Of a stretch of 24,204 nt of DNA, positions 15,912-24,103 are shown in pieces. The stretch is from the NCBI GenBank assembly GCA_031459535.1, contig JAVKIJ010000047.1, positions 1 through 24,204 on the forward strand, read 5' to 3'. The stretch's first letter is position 1; every line of letters begins with the position of its first letter. The notes beneath the pieces were generated by a model that was not told the origin of the DNA, searched no databases, and saw only the letters and a program-made list of their open reading frames with translations. Source of the stretch: Candidatus Fervidifonticultor quintus (GTDB lineage Bacteria; Sysuimicrobiota; Sysuimicrobiia; Sysuimicrobiales; Humicultoraceae). The position numbers and the translations under genes are program-made.

Positions 15912-16937
15912 ATCCACGCGCAGGTGCTGCACGAGTGGGGTGGGCCTCTGAGCTACAAGCAGGTTCCGACCCCATCACCCGGGCCGGGCGAGGCGCTGGT
16001 CAAGGTAGAAGCGTGCGCGGTGGGTCTCACTGTGCTCAACTACATCAGCGGCACCCTTGGCCGGTGGCCAGAGTACCTGCCCCGCATCCCGGGCCACGAG
16101 GCCGTGGGCACCGTGGTGGAGGTCGGGCCAGGCGTCCTGGCCCCGCGCGTGGGCGACCGCGTCATGGCCTACTTCTACCTGAGCTGCGGACAGTGCGACT
16201 TCTGCCAGCTGGCGCACGAGTCCTTGTGCCGTCACCTCCGGGGCAATGTGGGCGTGGCCACAGACGGCGGGTACGCCGAGTACCTGGCGCTCCCCGCGGC
16301 GAACTTCCTGCCGGTGCCTGAGGGGGTCGATCCCGTGCAGGCCGCGGCCATCCCCGATGCGATCGCAACGCCGTTCCACGTGTGCCGGCGCGCGGCCGTG
16401 GGGCCCGGCGACGTGGTGGTCGTTATCGGCGCGGGCGGTGGCGTGGGCCTTCACATGGTGCAGATGGCCCGGGTGTTTGGCGCCCGGGTGGTGGGGATTG
16501 ACATCGGCGATGCCAAGCTCGGGGCCGTCCGTGATGCCGGGGCCACGGCCGCCTACGACTTCCGCGAACCGGACCTCGTCCAGCGGATCCGATCCGCCGC
16601 ACCGTCCGGCCCTACCGTCGCCGTGGATCTGGTGGGTACTCCCCAGACGGCCGGGTTTGGCATAGACGTCCTGGAGCGCCGCGGCCGGCTCGTGCTGCTG
16701 ACCACCTTCCCGGGCGTGGCATTCGAGGTCTCGCCCCGCCGCATGGTCTTGGAGGAGATCAGCATCCTGGGATCGCGGTATGCCTCGCGCTGGGAGGTCA
16801 CCCAGGCCGCGCGCCTCGTGGCCGACGGTCGCGTTCGGCCCGTGGTCTCCACCGTGCTCCCCCTCGCGCGGGTCGAGGAGATCCACGGCCAGTTGCGCGC
16901 TGGGACGCTGATCGGCCGCGGCGCGGTGGTGATGTAG
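15912..16937 (+). CDS. MDR-family zinc-binding dehydrogenase with an atypical catalytic zinc site
   Basis: PGHE, CGQCDFC-x7-C, GAGGGVG and GSRYA are present, but CAVGLTV replaces the usual CGxCxTD. Start inferred at ATC 15912; the first canonical codon is GTG 15924. Confidence 0.85.
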   Translation: MHAQVLHEWGGPLSYKQVPTPSPGPGEALVKVEACAVGLTVLNYISGTLGRWPEYLPRIPGHEAVGTVVEVGPGVLAPRVGDRVMAYFYLSCGQCDFCQLAHESLCRHLRGNVGVATDGGYAEYLALPAANFLPVPEGVDPVQAAAIPDAIATPFHVCRRAAVGPGDVVVVIGAGGGVGLHMVQMARVFGARVVGIDIGDAKLGAVRDAGATAAYDFREPDLVQRIRSAAPSGPTVAVDLVGTPQTAGFGIDVLERRGRLVLLTTFPGVAFEVSPRRMVLEEISILGSRYASRWEVTQAARLVADGRVRPVVSTVLPLARVEEIHGQLRAGTLIGRGAVVM

Positions 16938-17816
16938 GTGACGGCGATGCCGCTGCGGTACCTCGTGCCGAGCACGGTCGGAGAAGCCACCCGCATGCTG
17001 GCAGAGCAGGGAAACGGCGCCCGTGTGATCGCCGGCGGCACCGACCTCGTGGTGAGGATGCGGGGTGGGCTGGTGCGCCCCACCGCCCTCGTGGACATCA
17101 CCCGCATTCCCGAGCTCTCGGTGATCGCCCGGCGCGACGGCACCCTGGTCATCGGGGCAGCGGTCACGCTCGCGGCGTTGACGGCATCTGCGGATGTGGC
17201 GCTCCTGGTGCCCGTCGTGGCCGAGGCAGCGGCCCAGATGGGCGCGGTGCAACTGCGCAACCTGGCGACCGCAGGCGGCAACCTGGCCAGTGCCGTGCCA
17301 TCGGCGGATCTGGCGCCGCCTCTCCTGGTGGCGGACGCCACCGCCCGCATCGCCGGCCCCTCTGGGGAGCGGACTCTACCCGTGGAGGCATTGTTCTTGG
17401 GACCGCACCGCAGTGCGCTGCGCCCGGATGAAGTGCTGACCCGCCTCGAGATCCCGATCGGGGCAGGGGAAGGGGGTGGGGCCTTCCTCAAGTTCGGCAA
17501 GCGGAACGCTCAGGTATTGGCCGTAGTGAACGCCGCCGCCTGGGTGCGGATCGTCGGTGGCCTCATCGACGACGCGCGGATCGCCCTGGGCGCGGTGGCG
17601 CCGACCCCGATCAGGGCCCGGGCGGCTGAGGCCCTGCTGCGGGGCCAGCCGCCCGCGCCCGATCTCCTCGACGATGCCGGTCGGGCTGCGGCGGCCGAGG
17701 CCCGACCGATCTCGGACATGCGCGCCTCCGCCGGCTTCCGGCTGGAGCTCTGCCGCGTGCTGGTGCGTAGGGCGTTGGAGCGAGCCGTCCGTCGGGCCGG
17801 GAGGCCGGGAGCGTGA
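16938..17816 (+). CDS. Molybdenum hydroxylase FAD-binding subunit (CoxM/NdhF-like)
   Basis: IAGGTDL, IGAAVT, QLRNLATAGGNL, PSADLAPPL, RIALGAVAPTP, PISDMRASAGFR. ATG 16947 is an alternative start. Confidence 0.92.
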   Translation: MTAMPLRYLVPSTVGEATRMLAEQGNGARVIAGGTDLVVRMRGGLVRPTALVDITRIPELSVIARRDGTLVIGAAVTLAALTASADVALLVPVVAEAAAQMGAVQLRNLATAGGNLASAVPSADLAPPLLVADATARIAGPSGERTLPVEALFLGPHRSALRPDEVLTRLEIPIGAGEGGGAFLKFGKRNAQVLAVVNAAAWVRIVGGLIDDARIALGAVAPTPIRARAAEALLRGQPPAPDLLDDAGRAAAAEARPISDMRASAGFRLELCRVLVRRALERAVRRAGRPGA

Positions 17817-17819
17817 CGC

Positions 17820-18314
17820 ATGGAACCTGACATGACCTATGAGGTGACGTTCCAGTTGAACGGCCGGCAGGTGACGGCGCAGGTGGAGGCCGATGAGAGC
17901 CTGGCGTGGGTCCTGCGCGAACGACTCGGCATGGTGGGGACCAAAGTAGGATGTGGGACCGGCGATTGCGGTGCCTGCACTGTGCTGCTCGACGGCCAGC
18001 CCATATGCAGCTGCCTGCTGCTGGCCGCCAAGGCGCAGGGGCGGGAGGTGACGACCATCGAAGGGGTCGGCGCGCCCGGCCGCCTGCATCCGGTGCAACA
18101 GGCCTTCGTGGAGCACGGGGCGCTGCAGTGCGGCTTCTGCGGCCCGGGGATGATCGTCTCGGCCGTCGCCCTCGTGGCCCGCACCCCGCACCCTACCGAA
18201 CGCGACATCCGCGAAGCCATCGCAGGGAACCTGTGCCGCTGCACCGGGTATGCGAAGATTGTCGAAGCGATTCTCGCCGCCTCTCGTGGCAGCCTCAGGG
18301 GGCCAACGCCATGA
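17820..18314 (+). CDS. Molybdenum hydroxylase 2x[2Fe-2S] subunit (CoxS/NdhS-like)
   Basis: GTKVGCGTGDCGACTV...SC and QCGFCGPGM...GNLCRCTGY. Confidence 0.95.
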   Translation: MEPDMTYEVTFQLNGRQVTAQVEADESLAWVLRERLGMVGTKVGCGTGDCGACTVLLDGQPICSCLLLAAKAQGREVTTIEGVGAPGRLHPVQQAFVEHGALQCGFCGPGMIVSAVALVARTPHPTERDIREAIAGNLCRCTGYAKIVEAILAASRGSLRGPTP

Positions 18315-19612
18315 GGACGATCACGCGTCCCGCGCCTCCCCCGCTGGTCGAAGAGGTCGCCGGGGGGGTCGTCGGCCGTCGCGTCAGTCGTCACGACGCG
18401 CTCCTGCAGGTGACCGGTCAGGTGCTCTACGGCGAGGACATGCGGGCCCCAGGGATGCTCTGGGCCAAGGCCGTACGGAGCCCGCACCCACACGCCCGCA
18501 TCCTCGAGATCGATCCCTCGGAGGCTCTGGCCGCCCCGGGCGTGCGGGGTGTCATTACGGCGCGGGATGTGCCCCGCAACCGGTACGGGTTCACGCACGA
18601 GGACCAGCCGGTCCTGGCCGACGACCGCGTCCGCCATGTGGGCGAGGCGGTGGCGGTGGTGGCGGCGGAGACGCTGCGCCTGGCGGAGGAAGCGGTGCAG
18701 AAGGTGCGTGTCCACTACGAGCGGCTCCCCGCCGTGCACGACCCCCTGGAAGCCAGACACCCCGAGGCGGTTCGGGTCCACGAAGGCGGCAACGTCGCCA
18801 CCCACATCAGGATCCGCGATGGCGACGTCGCGCAGGGGTTCCACGAGGCCGACATGCGCGTCGAGGAAGAGTTTGCGACCACGTTCGTCGAGCACTGCCA
18901 CCTCGAACCGCACGCCGGCCTGGCGGTTCCCAACCTGGATGGCAGCCTCACCATCTACTCGTCGGTACAGCGGCCGTTCCTGGTCGCGGCCGACACGGCC
19001 AAGGTCCTGGCGATGCCGCAGAACCGCATCCGCGTCATCCAGACCGGCGTGGGCGGAGGGTTCGGCGGCAAGAACGAGATGACCCTCGAACCCTGGATCG
19101 CCCTGCTGGCGCTGCGCACCGGCCGGCCTGTCAAGATGGTGTTCACCCGGGAAGAGGAGTTCCAGGCTACCACGGTGCGCCACCCGTACCGCATGCGCTA
19201 TCGCACCGGGGTGCGCCGTGACGGCACGCTGGTGGCCCGAGAGATCGAGATCGTCAGCGACTGTGGGGCGTACGTCTCGTGGGGCGCGTCCACGCTGGCC
19301 AAGGCGGCCATCCATGCGGCCGGCCCCTACGTCATCCCCCACGTGAAGATTGACGGCTATCTCGTCTACACCAACAATCCGGTCGGCGGCGCCATGCGGG
19401 GGTTCGGGGTGCCGCAGGTGGGCTTCGCCTCCGAGTGTCACACCGATGCCGTGGCCGCCGCCGTCGGGGTGGACCCGATCGCGTTTCGGCTCAAGAACGG
19501 CCTGCGTGACGGCGGGCGCCTGCCGACGGGCCAGGTGCTGGAGCGGGTGACGCTGGAATTGACACTCCGGCGCGCGGTCGAACTGGCCGGTTGGGAGAGG
19601 ACGGTGAGCTAG
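18311..19612 (+). CDS. Molybdenum hydroxylase large molybdopterin subunit, N-terminal part (NdhL-like)
   Basis: ATG 18311 overlaps the FeS-subunit stop (ATGA). VTGQVLYGED, RSPHPHARI, HCHLEP, GGGFGGK, RHP, GPY.IP, TNNPVGGAMRGFGVPQ. Ends at TAG 19610-19612; 433 aa. Confidence 0.92.
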   Translation: MRTITRPAPPPLVEEVAGGVVGRRVSRHDALLQVTGQVLYGEDMRAPGMLWAKAVRSPHPHARILEIDPSEALAAPGVRGVITARDVPRNRYGFTHEDQPVLADDRVRHVGEAVAVVAAETLRLAEEAVQKVRVHYERLPAVHDPLEARHPEAVRVHEGGNVATHIRIRDGDVAQGFHEADMRVEEEFATTFVEHCHLEPHAGLAVPNLDGSLTIYSSVQRPFLVAADTAKVLAMPQNRIRVIQTGVGGGFGGKNEMTLEPWIALLALRTGRPVKMVFTREEEFQATTVRHPYRMRYRTGVRRDGTLVAREIEIVSDCGAYVSWGASTLAKAAIHAAGPYVIPHVKIDGYLVYTNNPVGGAMRGFGVPQVGFASECHTDAVAAAVGVDPIAFRLKNGLRDGGRLPTGQVLERVTLELTLRRAVELAGWERTVS

Positions 19613-20604
19613 TGCACAAGCGTGGTCGCGGCGTCGCGTGGATGGCGTACCCCATCGGGTTCACGTCCTATGCCAACCCGAGCAGCGCCTTTGTGAAGGT
19701 GAACCAGGACGGCTCGGTCGTGGTTTGGACCGGAGCGGCCGACGTAGGCCAGGGGTCGACCACTGCCCTCGCGCAGATTGCCGCAGAGGCGCTGGGTGTG
19801 CCCCTGGACGCCGTCGTCATGGTCACCAGCGACACCCTGCAGACCCCCGCTGACCTGGGGTCGGTGGCCAGCCGCGTGACTTACATCGCAGGGAACGCCA
19901 TCGTGCAGGCGTGCCAGCAGGCCAAGCGGGTCCTGCTCGAAGTGGCCGCCGAGGAGATGGGGATTGGCCCCGAGGGACTGGACAGCCGGGACGGGTGGAT
20001 CTATGTGCGCGACCTGCCAGAGCGGCGGGTCCGGCTGGCGGACGTCGCCCGAAAGGCAGAGGCTGTCCGTGGCCGTCCCGCCATCGGCGCGGGATCGTAC
20101 AATCCTCCGACGACCTTTCTCGACCCGGAGACGGGTCACGGGAAGCCCTACAACACCTACGTCTACGCGGCGCAGACGGCCGAAGTGGAGGTGGACACCG
20201 AAACGGGCGAGGTGCGGGTGCTGCGCCTGACGGCGGCCCACGACTGCGGGCGAGCCGTCAATCCCCTGCTGGTCGAAGGACAGATCGAGGGCGGGCTGGC
20301 CATGGGGCTGGGCTACGCGCTCAGCGAGGAAATGGTGACCGTCGACGGGCGCGTGCTCAACACCACGTTCGCCGACTACCTGATCCCCACCGCGGCAGAC
20401 GTTCCCCCCATGACCGTGGCGATCGTGGAGCAGCCTGACCCGACGGGCCCGTTTGGAGCCAAGGGCGTCGGTGAGCCCACCCTGCTGCCGACCGCGCCGG
20501 CGATCGTCAACGCCATCTACGACGCCGTGGGGATTCGTCTCCGCGAGCTCCCCATAACGGCCGAGCGGGTGCTGGCGGCGCTGCGCGACAAGGAAAAGGG
20601 GTAG
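19612..20604 (+). CDS. Molybdenum hydroxylase medium molybdopterin subunit, C-terminal part (NdhM-like)
   Basis: GTG 19612 overlaps the upstream TAG (TAGTG) and follows SD GGAGAGG at 19594-19600. MHKRGRGV..., DVGQG, VASR, EVEVDTETG, HDCG.AVNP..VEGQIEGG, GAKGVGEP (catalytic Glu); 330 aa. Confidence 0.92.
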   Translation: MHKRGRGVAWMAYPIGFTSYANPSSAFVKVNQDGSVVVWTGAADVGQGSTTALAQIAAEALGVPLDAVVMVTSDTLQTPADLGSVASRVTYIAGNAIVQACQQAKRVLLEVAAEEMGIGPEGLDSRDGWIYVRDLPERRVRLADVARKAEAVRGRPAIGAGSYNPPTTFLDPETGHGKPYNTYVYAAQTAEVEVDTETGEVRVLRLTAAHDCGRAVNPLLVEGQIEGGLAMGLGYALSEEMVTVDGRVLNTTFADYLIPTAADVPPMTVAIVEQPDPTGPFGAKGVGEPTLLPTAPAIVNAIYDAVGIRLRELPITAERVLAALRDKEKG

Positions 20605-20618
20605 AGGAGGGGGCTGCG

Positions 20619-21974
20619 GTGGACCTGGGTATCGTGGGCGGCACGCTGGTCACGCCGTCTGCCGTCTTTCGGGGCGACCTGTACATCGCCCAGGGCCGCA
20701 TCGCCGCCATCAGCAGCGACCGCCTCCCCGCCGCCCGCACCATCGAGGCAGACGGCCTGCACGTGCTGCCGGGGGTGGTGGACAGCCACGTGCACTTCAT
20801 GGACCCCGGTGCGCCCGAGCGCGAAGACTTCACGACCGGCAGCGCCGCGGCTGCTGTGGGCGGCGTGACCACGGTCATCGAGCACACCCACGCACACCCC
20901 GTGGTGGACGCCGAAGCGCTGCGGGAAAAGGCGGCCTACCTGCGAGACCGATCCCTCGTGGACTTCGGGCTGGGCGCGCATGTCTGGCCCGACCGGCTCG
21001 ACGAGCTGGCCGGCGTCTGGGCGGCCGGGGCGCTGCTCCTAAAGGCCTTCACGTGCACGACCCACGGCATACCGGGCATCCTCCCGGGGGACCTGCTGCG
21101 GTTGTTCCGGCAGGTGGCCGCCATCGATGCCGTCTGCCTGGTGCACTGCGAGGATGAGTTCATCACCGCCGACGCTGAGCGGCGTCTCAAGGCAGCCGGC
21201 CGCACCGATCCGGGCATTCTCCCCGCCTGGCGCTCGCGCGAGGCCGAGCTGGTGGCGACCGCAACTGTGGTGCTCCTGGCGCGCCTGACCGGGGCGCGAG
21301 TGGTCGTGGCCCACGCCAGCCATCCGGCCGTCGTCGACCTGGTCACCCGCGAGGCCGGGTTGGGTGCCCGGGTCTGGGCCGAGAGCTGCCCGCAGTACTT
21401 CCACCTCAACGAGGACGAGGTGCTCTCGCACGGCTCATTCCGGAAGTTCACCCCACCGGCCCGGGCGCGCTCGCCCGAGGACGCGGCCCAGATGTGGCAG
21501 CGGCTGCGGCAGGGGGGCATCGCATACGTCGCCACCGACCACGCGCCGGCGACCAGGGCCCAGAAGCAGGAGGGCGACATCTGGCAGGTGCACTTCGGGC
21601 TCCCGGGAGTGGAGACGACGCTTCCCTTGATGCTCAATGCGGTGCACGACGGGCACCTGACGCTGCAGCGCCTGGTCGAGGTGCTCGCCGAGATGCCCGC
21701 GCGGCTCTACGGGGTCTACCCCCGGAAGGGGACCCTGCAGATCGGTGCCGACGCCGACCTGACGATCGTTGACCTCTCGGGGGAACGCGTGCTGCGCGAC
21801 GAAGATGTGGTGTCCAAAGCCGGCTGGACCCCCTACGCCGGCCGTCGCCTGCACGGTCAGGTGGTGATGACCCTGGTGCGCGGGCGAGTGGTCGCCCAGG
21901 GGGGCAAGCCTGTCACTGAGCCCGGCTGGGGGAGATGGATACACGGACGTCACTACCCTGAGTCACCACCCTAA
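20619..21974 (+). CDS. Cyclic amidohydrolase (allantoinase / dihydroorotase / hydantoinase family)
   Basis: PGVVDSHVH, GSAAAAVGGVTT, Lys in LLKAF (candidate carbamylation site), VHCED, AHAS, ESCPQY, ATDHAP, KGTLQIGADAD. SD GAGGAGG upstream of the GTG. Confidence 0.9.
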   Translation: MDLGIVGGTLVTPSAVFRGDLYIAQGRIAAISSDRLPAARTIEADGLHVLPGVVDSHVHFMDPGAPEREDFTTGSAAAAVGGVTTVIEHTHAHPVVDAEALREKAAYLRDRSLVDFGLGAHVWPDRLDELAGVWAAGALLLKAFTCTTHGIPGILPGDLLRLFRQVAAIDAVCLVHCEDEFITADAERRLKAAGRTDPGILPAWRSREAELVATATVVLLARLTGARVVVAHASHPAVVDLVTREAGLGARVWAESCPQYFHLNEDEVLSHGSFRKFTPPARARSPEDAAQMWQRLRQGGIAYVATDHAPATRAQKQEGDIWQVHFGLPGVETTLPLMLNAVHDGHLTLQRLVEVLAEMPARLYGVYPRKGTLQIGADADLTIVDLSGERVLRDEDVVSKAGWTPYAGRRLHGQVVMTLVRGRVVAQGGKPVTEPGWGRWIHGRHYPESPP

Positions 21975-21989
21975 AAGGAGGGACTGGGC

Positions 21990-23237
21990 ATGAAGAAGCT
22001 GCTGGTGCTACTCCTCGTGCTAGGCCTGTTCGGTTCTATTGGCCCCGGCTCCACGCTGGCGGCGGCCAACCCCGACAGGATCAAGGTCGGTATCCTGTTG
22101 CCGCTCACCGGCCCGTTCGCGGCGGTCGCCGAGACCCAGAAGAACGGCGCCCTCCTGGCGATTGATGTCGTCAACAGCCGGGGCGGTCTCGCCATGCCCT
22201 GGGGCAAGGTCCAGGTGGAAGGCGTCGTCGCCGACGATGAAGCCAAACTCGACGTCGGCGTGCGGCGCTATCGCTACCTGGTCGGGGAAGGTGTGAAGGG
22301 CGTGGGCGGCCAGACCTGGGCGCCGCTCGCCTATGCGATCAACGCCCTGGTTCAGAAGGAACCCTTGCCATACTTCCCGACCTGTGTCATGGCCAAGGAG
22401 GCCTTCTTGAAGGGCAAGCTGGCCGATTCGACGTTCGCCGTGGCATTCAGCCCGTGGACTGTGGGCTACATGAGCGGCTCGGCGGCGATCAAGGTCCTCG
22501 GAAAGAAGCGTATCTTCTTCCTGGCGCGCGCCGATAGCTGGGGCTGGGACATCCGAGACGGCGTCTATGCTGCCGCCAAGGAGTTCGGGGCCCAGACCGT
22601 CGGGTACGATGAGGTACCCCTGGGCACCAGCGACTTCACCACGGTCCTCCAGAAGGTCCGCGCCGCCAAGCCCGATGTGTTCATCTCGGCCCAGTTTGGC
22701 GCCGATGCCGTGGCGCTGCTCAAGCAGGTCCATCAGATGGGGCTCGGGGCTGAGATGACCATCTTCAACGCGTTCATCACCAACGTGGTTGCCAAGGGCA
22801 TCCCTGCCGCGGCCCTGGAGGGTGTCTACGCCATGCACTACTTCTACTACGACCTCAGCGACCTGGGCTACACCGGCGTCGCGAAGAGTGCCAAGGCGTT
22901 CACCGACCTCTATACGGCCAAGTACCGCACGCCGCCCGACGCGTACGCCACCATCGCCTACACCGCGTTCTCGGAGATGTTCAGGGGGTTTGAGGGCGCC
23001 AAGTCCTTCGACCCCAAGGGCGTGGCGGCCGCGCTGATGGCGAACAACGGCCAGTTCACGACGGTCAAGGGGCCGGCCAGGTGGCGCCGGGACCACTCTG
23101 CGGTCTACCAGTTTGCCGCGTTCCTGGTCAGGGGAAAGGGCCCCGGAGAGCAGAAGCACGAGTGGGACCTGTTCAAGGTCTTGGGCTACCAGGGCGGCGA
23201 GGCGGTGCTCCCGCCGCTGAGGGACCTCGGCTACTAG
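21990..23237 (+). CDS. Second Liv-like ABC substrate-binding protein (type I PBP)
   Basis: SD AAGGAGG, signal peptide MKKLLVLLLVLG...TLAAA, IKVGILLPLTG, DDEAK, DSWG, PLGTSDFTTVLQKVRAAKPDV. Confidence 0.9.
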   Translation: MKKLLVLLLVLGLFGSIGPGSTLAAANPDRIKVGILLPLTGPFAAVAETQKNGALLAIDVVNSRGGLAMPWGKVQVEGVVADDEAKLDVGVRRYRYLVGEGVKGVGGQTWAPLAYAINALVQKEPLPYFPTCVMAKEAFLKGKLADSTFAVAFSPWTVGYMSGSAAIKVLGKKRIFFLARADSWGWDIRDGVYAAAKEFGAQTVGYDEVPLGTSDFTTVLQKVRAAKPDVFISAQFGADAVALLKQVHQMGLGAEMTIFNAFITNVVAKGIPAAALEGVYAMHYFYYDLSDLGYTGVAKSAKAFTDLYTAKYRTPPDAYATIAYTAFSEMFRGFEGAKSFDPKGVAAALMANNGQFTTVKGPARWRRDHSAVYQFAAFLVRGKGPGEQKHEWDLFKVLGYQGGEAVLPPLRDLGY

Positions 23238-23256
23238 GCGAGGCAGACGGGATGAT

Positions 23257-23290
23257 GCCCCGGCGGCGTCCGGCAGGGCGCTGCCGGGGC
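23257..23290 (+). other. Strong stem-loop directly downstream of the binding-protein gene (mRNA stabiliser or partial terminator)
   Basis: GCCCCGGCGGCGTCC-GGCA-GGGCGCTGCCGGGGC: 15-bp stem with two G.U pairs and a GGCA loop; no U-tract follows. Confidence 0.6.
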
Positions 23291-23312
23291 CGATCCTCCA
23301 CGAGGGCCGGCC

Positions 23313-24089
23313 GTGAGCCCACAAGCGGGTGCGGAACTCCTCAGGACGGTCAACCTGACCAAGCGCTTCGGGGAACTGGTGGCCGTCGACCACGTGAACT
23401 ACGTGCTGCGTGAGAACGAGGTCGCGGGCATCGTCGGGCCCAACGGGGCCGGCAAGACCACGTTCTTCAACCTCCTAACGGGCTACTACCCCCCAGACGA
23501 GGGCACGATCCTGTACCGGGGAGAGGACATCACGCGCGCGACGCCCCAGAAGCGCATCGAGATGGGCATAATGCGTACCTTCCAGCTCACCTCGACCTTC
23601 GACACCCTCACGGCAATCGACAACCTGGTCCTGGCCTATTTCGGGGTGCACAAGAAGCCCTCGCTGCTCTCGTTGCTGCTGACGACCTGTGCGCGGCACC
23701 GCCACGAGCCCAAGATCGCCGAGGCCCTGGAGATCTTCGACCTGGAGGAGGCGCGCGACCGGCAGGTCAGGCACCTCAGTCTGGGGGAGAAACGACGGTT
23801 GGAGATTGCCATGGCCATCCTGGCCGAACCCCGGGTGCTGTTGCTGGACGAACCGCTGGCGGGGCTCAGCGAGCTGGAGATCAAGAGCGTGCTGGGCGTC
23901 CTGCGCCAGCACATCGGCCGGCAGACGATCCTGATCGTGGAGCACAAGATCTCCCAGGTGGAGGACTTCCTGGAGCGGCTCACCGTCATGCACGAAGGCA
24001 GGATCATCGCCGACGGCGGGTACGCGGAAGCCCTGCAGGATCCCGAGGTGCGGCGCAGCTACTGGCAGATCACCACCTCTGCCGGGTGA
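23313..24089 (+). CDS. livG: HAAT-type ABC transporter ATP-binding protein, LivG-like (second system)
   Basis: GPNGAGKTT, RTFQ, LSLGEKRRLEIA, LLLDEP, VEHK. Confidence 0.9.
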   Translation: MSPQAGAELLRTVNLTKRFGELVAVDHVNYVLRENEVAGIVGPNGAGKTTFFNLLTGYYPPDEGTILYRGEDITRATPQKRIEMGIMRTFQLTSTFDTLTAIDNLVLAYFGVHKKPSLLSLLLTTCARHRHEPKIAEALEIFDLEEARDRQVRHLSLGEKRRLEIAMAILAEPRVLLLDEPLAGLSELEIKSVLGVLRQHIGRQTILIVEHKISQVEDFLERLTVMHEGRIIADGGYAEALQDPEVRRSYWQITTSAG

Positions 24090-24103
24090 GGCGCAACTCT
24101 TTG

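Noticed and set aside
19591-19614. Split Mo subunit read as a pseudogene or frameshift
   Set aside because: The second part has its own SD and coupled GTG, both halves keep their cofactor motifs, and the split point matches the known NdhL/NdhM architecture.
614-23993. Many long minus-strand ORFs (e.g. 1455-2780, 3750-5108, 10502-11932, 13842-15575, 17837-19441, 22020-23393)
   Set aside because: They mirror well-supported + strand genes, carry no recognisable motifs, and are expected in high-GC DNA where stop codons are scarce.
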